DNA from: a virus
Taxonomy: Duplodnaviria > Caudoviricetes
Strand: one strand, 5' to 3'
Virus record (IMG/VR): IMGVR_UViG_3300032237_001348
Span: 1 to 39,311 of that record
DNA length: 39,311 nucleotides
Part shown: piece after piece, positions 34,242-39,311 of the stretch
How positions within the stretch are numbered: the stretch's first letter is position 1
How the letters are laid out: each line of letters opens with the position of its first letter
Position numbers and translations under genes: made by a program
Notes under the pieces: generated by a model
Told to the model about the DNA's origin: nothing
Seen by the model: only the letters and a program-made list of their open reading frames with translations
Database searches by the model: none

Positions 34242-37036
34242 TAGAAGCTTTTCCTTCTAAACTGCCTATTGCTGCGTTTCCCATTGTAAGACATTGATCG
34301 CCTAAACATAACCGGCGCAGAACCTGTATCTCCCCATATTTCTTCTATCATCTCTTCTTCGATACCCCTGTCTGAAGATGATGAGGAAAGGGTGAACGTA
34401 GGCAAGAATGCCTCGCTATTAATTGCTATAGTTTTTGTGCTAAATCTAGACTTCATTAACTCGCCGTAATTCTCATTAACCGCATGACAAGCTAGCATGA
34501 GTGCATCATGTGCATGATCTTGAGTGGTGCCTGAGGCCTCGTATACGGGTCTTCCAGACGAAGTTCTCCTAGCGACCACATATGCGCTTAATTGCTTATA
34601 CATCTCACTATCATCTGCCGGAAAAACTAGTTCATTTCTTTCCAGCATTTGGCGGACATTATCCACCATAAATGGTTTAATTTCTTTTTTAATCTTTTGC
34701 TGAGTAAATGGATCTCTGATCTCTATATTTTCTGCTGAAGATATACCTTTAACTTTTGTGGCTAAACCAGACATTCTATTCTCTGATCCATACTTATTCA
34801 AGAGTTCAATCTGGACTTCACCAAAACCACGGTCAACATAAATATGTTCTGGAACAAAAATTTCATTTAATTGAATTATCCTTTCAACAGCTTTCGTTAA
34901 TGTGTATTCTTCCCTAAGTGTTTCTTCTCGGTAAGCTAAACGAACCCTACCGCTATATTTATGATTAGAAGAAATCTCATTAACTTCTAGCACAACAATA
35001 TTTACACCAGCGCCATATTTATCCCAATCAACACCAAATATATATTTAGCTTTTTGCTCTTTGCGTTGAGCTTCATAGTGCCAACTTGGCTCCACGAAAG
35101 CGGCATCAATAAAGCGCCTTGGATATACACCTTCAGCATCTTCCCCCCAATCAGCTTCAACCTCATGGCGGTAAGCCATTTCTGAGGTATATTGCAAACG
35201 AAGTTCCCTTTCGGTCTCATTTGTCATCATTGGGTTACAATACGAAGGATACCAAAACTCCTTAAACAAACCAGTGCGATCTATATCTGTACACCAGTTA
35301 TAGAATATTTCTCTTTTACCAGTTGGGGTAGATGCGCCAATTAAAATTTTATCTGGTTGATTCTCACTAGTTTTTTGCAACATGGCCATAACTGCAATAA
35401 GATCATCAGGATGCATGTAGTCTAATTCGTCAAGGACTATAAGATGAGCTTCCTGACCACGAACAACATCACTATTACCCGTGACATGTATCAAGCCGTT
35501 ATGTCTAGCTAAAAATACACCGGTTTCCTCAACCGTAATACAGTGAATCTTTCCATCATATTTTATTGTCTCCATTAGATCTGGGTGTGTCATTACAGTT
35601 TTTCTAGGGTAAGCAGAAACAACCCAGTGTCTATTTATGGATCTGTTTGAAACATCTTTTTCTCGTAAGTTTGCTCTCAAACCAATTCTAATTGCTAATT
35701 CCTGAACATCATTTATAAGTGCCCACGAAGAGGAAGAATACTCCCATCCTTTCCTCCTGATGTAACCATCCCCACCTAGTAGACCATCCATTAATCTTTG
35801 TCTATTTTCTTCAGATAAAAGATCTCTTGGTATAAATTTATTATAGGCGTTTTGACCACAGTCAAGTGGAGGTCTCCACTCTATTCTTATTTCGCGAGCT
35901 GGACAAGTATAATGTAAACCCAGTTTGTTAGCTAAGTAGACTAATCTATCCCTTCCTTGCTTTTTAATTTGAGAAAATCTAGCCATCTTACCAATAAAGC
36001 CTGAGCCCTCAGCTAGCCACCAACCCCATAGCTCTAATTCATCTCCTGAATATGTATTAGTTAAAAGATCTGTTGGATTTCCTGCCGCTGGAAGTTTATA
36101 ATCCTTTAAATCTTCAGCTTCTATAAATCTATATTTAGATTCTTTAAATCTCGTTTTTGCTAAAAATTTATGATTTGGAGTAACGCAAAATGATAATTGT
36201 TTTCCACTATGTTTTATCATATCTCCAATATAATCATATTCCCATGCGTGAGAAACTTTTTTCCAAACTAAATCACCTTCCGAATAAGAGGCTACAACTT
36301 CCCCCATTTTAACTTCAGCTATAGATTTCCATCCAGATTCCGTTAAAACATCATGATCTGGCGTAAGGCATTTTCCGCCACTTCTCATTCCGGAGGTGAA
36401 AAAAGAAATTTGACTACCATTAGAAAATTCTATAACAAACTGAGGACTAGTTACGCTTCTGGTTATGGCTTGACTGACAAGCTTACTATTCTCGGCGAAC
36501 TTTAGAACTTCCTTGTATATGACTTCTACCTGAGCCTTCATTGGCGCAATAACTATTGACTTCGCGTTTTTGTTGGTATAAGAATAATGAAGTAATAGCA
36601 GCGACATACTCACAGTTTTGCCCAGACGTCGACCTGCTCGCAAAACTTTCCGTAAAGATGGATGCCTAAGGATCAGTGTTTGATACACCCGCGGCTCCAC
36701 TCCCAAAAAAGCTTTCGACCAAGTTACCACATCTTTAGCTACATGTAATTCTCTCTGTTGAGTAGCGCTGAGACCTATATCAGTTAGATCTTGGCTAAGC
36801 GAAAATGGCTCATCAATTAATAGTGCTAACTCTTCTTGAGTAAATTCACGCCCATCGATTGGCGTACCATCGTTCCAGGTTAGATGCTTTAACTTATTCG
36901 CAAATACATATTCTATTCTATTTATTTGCTTAATGTATTCAGGGTTCTGACCCTTGATGATATCAAGGAGTTCTTCCCTATCTAACTGTATTAATTTTTC
37001 TCTAAATTCTTTTGTTTTTTCATTTAACATAATCAA
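34241..37036 (-). CDS. terL: Terminase large subunit, intein-containing
   Basis: Walker A RAGRRLGKT, Walker B LIVLDE, coupling motif ASTPTG, nuclease GVDWD...VDRGFG...QDHAHDALMLA. Confidence 0.95.
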   Translation of the reverse strand: MIMLNEKTKEFREKLIQLDREELLDIIKGQNPEYIKQINRIEYVFANKLKHLTWNDGTPIDGREFTQEELALLIDEPFSLSQDLTDIGLSATQQRELHVAKDVVTWSKAFLGVEPRVYQTLILRHPSLRKVLRAGRRLGKTVSMSLLLLHYSYTNKNAKSIVIAPMKAQVEVIYKEVLKFAENSKLVSQAITRSVTSPQFVIEFSNGSQISFFTSGMRSGGKCLTPDHDVLTESGWKSIAEVKMGEVVASYSEGDLVWKKVSHAWEYDYIGDMIKHSGKQLSFCVTPNHKFLAKTRFKESKYRFIEAEDLKDYKLPAAGNPTDLLTNTYSGDELELWGWWLAEGSGFIGKMARFSQIKKQGRDRLVYLANKLGLHYTCPAREIRIEWRPPLDCGQNAYNKFIPRDLLSEENRQRLMDGLLGGDGYIRRKGWEYSSSSWALINDVQELAIRIGLRANLREKDVSNRSINRHWVVSAYPRKTVMTHPDLMETIKYDGKIHCITVEETGVFLARHNGLIHVTGNSDVVRGQEAHLIVLDELDYMHPDDLIAVMAMLQKTSENQPDKILIGASTPTGKREIFYNWCTDIDRTGLFKEFWYPSYCNPMMTNETERELRLQYTSEMAYRHEVEADWGEDAEGVYPRRFIDAAFVEPSWHYEAQRKEQKAKYIFGVDWDKYGAGVNIVVLEVNEISSNHKYSGRVRLAYREETLREEYTLTKAVERIIQLNEIFVPEHIYVDRGFGEVQIELLNKYGSENRMSGLATKVKGISSAENIEIRDPFTQQKIKKEIKPFMVDNVRQMLERNELVFPADDSEMYKQLSAYVVARRTSSGRPVYEASGTTQDHAHDALMLACHAVNENYGELMKSRFSTKTIAINSEAFLPTFTLSSSSSDRGIEEEMIEEIWGDTGSAPVMFRRSMSYNGKRSNRQFRRKSF
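35474..36370 (-). mobile_element. Intein (299 aa) with LAGLIDADG homing endonuclease in TerL
   Basis: K|CLTPDHDVLTESGW...VTPNHKF (block B)...GWWLAEGS and DGLLGGDG (blocks C/E)...IHCITVE...HVTGN|S. Removing it restores GMRSGGK-SDVVRGQ. Confidence 0.93.
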
Positions 37037-38586
37037 CCAAAATGTGCGTGCATTGCGCCAGCTTCAGAACCTAATACGCTTCTTGCATTTAGTCTAGAAT
37101 TTTGGATAGCCATAACACCACGTTGCCTAGAAGTTGCAGCTACAGTATTATCCCTGTAGCCCATTCCCATAACACCCTTATCGATTGAGCCTCGATATGA
37201 TTTTACTGCATCTTTTGCGAAATCAATACCGCTCTTTACTCCCTCCATGCCAAGCTTACCAATATCGACAACCATGTCAGCAAGCATTAAAGCGCCAACT
37301 ACCTGTCCTGCTATTGGAACAGCCTGAAGAGCCATAGCGGCACCTAATTTAGCGGCGATCTTTTGTCCGCCCTTTTCCAACGCTAGTTTACCTACAGTTT
37401 TCATGCCTACTTTCTCTCCGGCCTTAACTCCAAATTTCTCTAATACGCCAGGACCCATTGCTGTTGAAGCTCGAAAGAAGCCTTTGCTAGCTCCTGTGGC
37501 AGCAACTCTTTCTACACCCATAGATGCCATATGCTTAGCAGCCAACTCTGAACCAGCCATATACGCGACGTTTCCAGTCGTTTCTGCTGCCATCGTTGCG
37601 GTTTTAGATACGCCAGTTGACATAGTTGCCATATAACCAGTTGCTCTGCCTGTAATACTTCCCTGAGCCGACATTGCCAATAGGTGTGTTGCTTCCTTTG
37701 TTGTAGCCTGAGCATTAACTACTTTTGAGAGATCAGCTGGTAGTCCTGGAGTTTTTACAAATTTTCCCCCTGGACCATGAAACCTTTGTGAGGCGGGATT
37801 AAAAGAAATACCTTTTGAAGCATTAACAGAATTTATATATCTGGTTGATCTAGCACCTTTAAAGGCTTGTAGTAGATCTTTATCTGTTTCACCTATGAAA
37901 TTCAAAACATTAGACGTAGGCATTTTGCCTCTTGATATCCTACTCATTGCTGAAATTCGAGAAACAGCACCCCTGCTAAATGCTCCTTCTTCAGCACTTC
38001 CGTAATCCATCATTCTGAGTTGCATTCGCCCAAAGCGACTTTTGTTCATTGTATCTTTTACTTCTTGTACTGATTTACCCGTTAAGCCACTAGCTTTTGT
38101 GATACTTTTGTCAATCCTAGAAGACATTCTTCTTAGTGGACCATTTACGGAAAATGCACCTTTTTCTGCGCCCAAAACATTAAATGGGGTGTATGCTTCT
38201 CCAGCTGCATACCCACTAGATCTGAACATCTTTTGTGAGCTTTTGACACTTCTGCCACCCATAGCTTTCATGCTAGGCATGCTGCGTAAATAGCGGGGAT
38301 TAAACGTAGCACTTAACGATGTAGCCGTGTCGACACCTCTGGCGCCATAGCCTATAGTACGGGTCCCCCTATATGCGTTCCATGCTGTAGTCTTTGTCGC
38401 GCTAGGAATCGTATCAAGAACCTTACTAAAGAAAGAATCAGGAGACATAATTCCCATATGAGCAGCCATCCCACTTGCCGCACCTGCTGCCGTGTTATGT
38501 CCTGGGGTTAACGCATTCGCCGCAACTTTATCAAGCCCGTATTCTTCCTGCTGTATCGGCATTCCTGTATTTGGATCTACTACCAT
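37033..38586 (-). CDS. Basic Gly/Ala-rich protein with hydrophobic segment; candidate internal/ejection protein
   Basis: Lys/Arg/Gly/Ala/Met-rich, hydrophobic LGAAMALQAVPIAGQVVGALMLA segment, C-terminal TSRQRGVMAIQNSRLNARSVLGSEA. Coupled to terL. Confidence 0.5.
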   Translation of the reverse strand: MVVDPNTGMPIQQEEYGLDKVAANALTPGHNTAAGAASGMAAHMGIMSPDSFFSKVLDTIPSATKTTAWNAYRGTRTIGYGARGVDTATSLSATFNPRYLRSMPSMKAMGGRSVKSSQKMFRSSGYAAGEAYTPFNVLGAEKGAFSVNGPLRRMSSRIDKSITKASGLTGKSVQEVKDTMNKSRFGRMQLRMMDYGSAEEGAFSRGAVSRISAMSRISRGKMPTSNVLNFIGETDKDLLQAFKGARSTRYINSVNASKGISFNPASQRFHGPGGKFVKTPGLPADLSKVVNAQATTKEATHLLAMSAQGSITGRATGYMATMSTGVSKTATMAAETTGNVAYMAGSELAAKHMASMGVERVAATGASKGFFRASTAMGPGVLEKFGVKAGEKVGMKTVGKLALEKGGQKIAAKLGAAMALQAVPIAGQVVGALMLADMVVDIGKLGMEGVKSGIDFAKDAVKSYRGSIDKGVMGMGYRDNTVAATSRQRGVMAIQNSRLNARSVLGSEAGAMHAHFG

Positions 38587-39197
38587 TATCCACGCCTTAA
38601 GTTATACGCGCCAAGGACAACATCACCCGTGGCAGAATCCCATTGCCTTGAGGTCATTCTTTGTGGGAAAGTTGAATTTGGATATCTAGACGACTGCTGA
38701 TCGTAGTTAGTATTAGCTTCTGTTTTATAGGATTTGTTAATCTTATTCCTATCTACCTGAGCGTAGGCCAAAGCCTGCTTGTTAATCGATCTTCCAGACA
38801 TGATTGATGCTGGATTATCTTTTGGTCGCAAAACATCCATAGCATTGCTTGCTTCATCACCTAATATCCGCTTAAACGGGGGCTCAAATGCGCCAACAGA
38901 TGGAATAAAGTCCCTAAACCTCAGATCCGTACCCAAGATCATATTATCTATGTCGGGGGAATCAAACATTGCATCAAAACCGGCATTAATTCCATAATGT
39001 ACCGGATCTGCTTGGGCGGCACCTATGCCTAGCAATGTTGCCGTACCAGCAGCTACCCCGATAGCTTTACCTGCTCTAGATTTAGCAGCACTTTTCGCGC
39101 CTCCCGCGACTGCGCGCGATGCACCACCCACCGCCCTTCCGGCACTACTTCGAGATGCCCTACCTGCAGCCCTTCCAAGTTGCTTAATTATAGCCAT
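38586..39197 (-). CDS. Basic Gly/Ala-rich protein with hydrophobic helix; candidate internal/ejection protein
   Basis: Arg/Ala/Gly-rich N-terminus, AIGVAAGTATLLGIGAA segment, C-terminal ATGDVVLGAYNLRRG. Confidence 0.5.
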   Translation of the reverse strand: MAIIKQLGRAAGRASRSSAGRAVGGASRAVAGGAKSAAKSRAGKAIGVAAGTATLLGIGAAQADPVHYGINAGFDAMFDSPDIDNMILGTDLRFRDFIPSVGAFEPPFKRILGDEASNAMDVLRPKDNPASIMSGRSINKQALAYAQVDRNKINKSYKTEANTNYDQQSSRYPNSTFPQRMTSRQWDSATGDVVLGAYNLRRG

Positions 39198-39205
39198 AGC
39201 AAACC

Positions 39206-39310
39206 TTAATATCCGTTGTAGAGGGTTCCGTATTTTTGGATTCCCATTTTAGTATGACCAATTTTATTTTGATCTAAATCACTAACCATATAAGATGTTA
39301 GTAATGGGTC
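39206..39310 (-). CDS. C-terminal fragment of an upstream gene
   Basis: Open frame from the window edge, DPLLTSYMVSDLDQNKIGHTKMGIQKYGTLYNGY*, ending 8 nt before the next ATG. Confidence 0.55.
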   Translation of the reverse strand, partial: DPLLTSYMVSDLDQNKIGHTKMGIQKYGTLYNGY

Positions 39311-39311
39311 A

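Noticed and set aside
585-39252. Numerous plus-strand ORFs and nested minus-strand ORFs in the track
   Set aside because: They lie within or largely overlap long, motif-bearing minus-strand genes and read as antisense or frame shadows with no recognisable motifs.
39294-39304. TTACTAACAT promoter-like match
   Set aside because: Lies within an open frame entering from the window edge and about 100 nt from the next start, outside the spacing of the other copies.
1-39311. Stop-codon reassignment as in some large phages
   Set aside because: Genes are full length under code 11, and TAA, TAG and TGA all end genes at sensible, coupled boundaries.
1-39311. CRISPR array, tRNA or structured ncRNA
   Set aside because: No regularly spaced repeats or cloverleaf-like sequence seen; intergenic gaps are about 105 nt or less once the 52-aa ORF is counted. 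A covariance-model scan was not run.

Overview
Densely coding, entirely minus-strand virion morphogenesis region of a large contractile-tailed dsDNA phage (myovirus), standard genetic code, about 40% GC by eye. In transcription order (right to left) it encodes: two basic Gly/Ala-rich candidate internal proteins; an intein-containing terminase large subunit; a first fibre/adhesin cluster; portal; a GT-A glycosyltransferase; a prohead protease-scaffold polyprotein with three inserted small domains; decoration protein; HK97-fold major capsid protein; neck proteins; a second sheath-like protein; a second fibre cluster (SGNH esterase fibre, beta-rich adhesin); main tail sheath; three tail-tube paralogues; two paralogous tail chaperones; and the start of a probable tape measure gene. 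From memory, the MCP and tube proteins resemble those of Bacillus phage G / 0305phi8-36-like phages; no search was run and the host cannot be determined. The main new observation is a peptide motif, [S/A/G]-A-T-P-[S/T/V/G/N], found 17 times in 12 virion proteins with varied codons and absent from the terminase, protease, chaperones and glycosyltransferase. I infer it is a sequon for virion O-glycosylation by the glycosyltransferase in the head module. Other notable items: a duplicated fibre-adaptor-tip cassette with conserved junction tags, a protease polyprotein with putative Glu-cleaved cargo domains, and a TTACTA(T/A)AT late-promoter motif that overlaps terminators. All functional calls come from motif recognition and synteny only.
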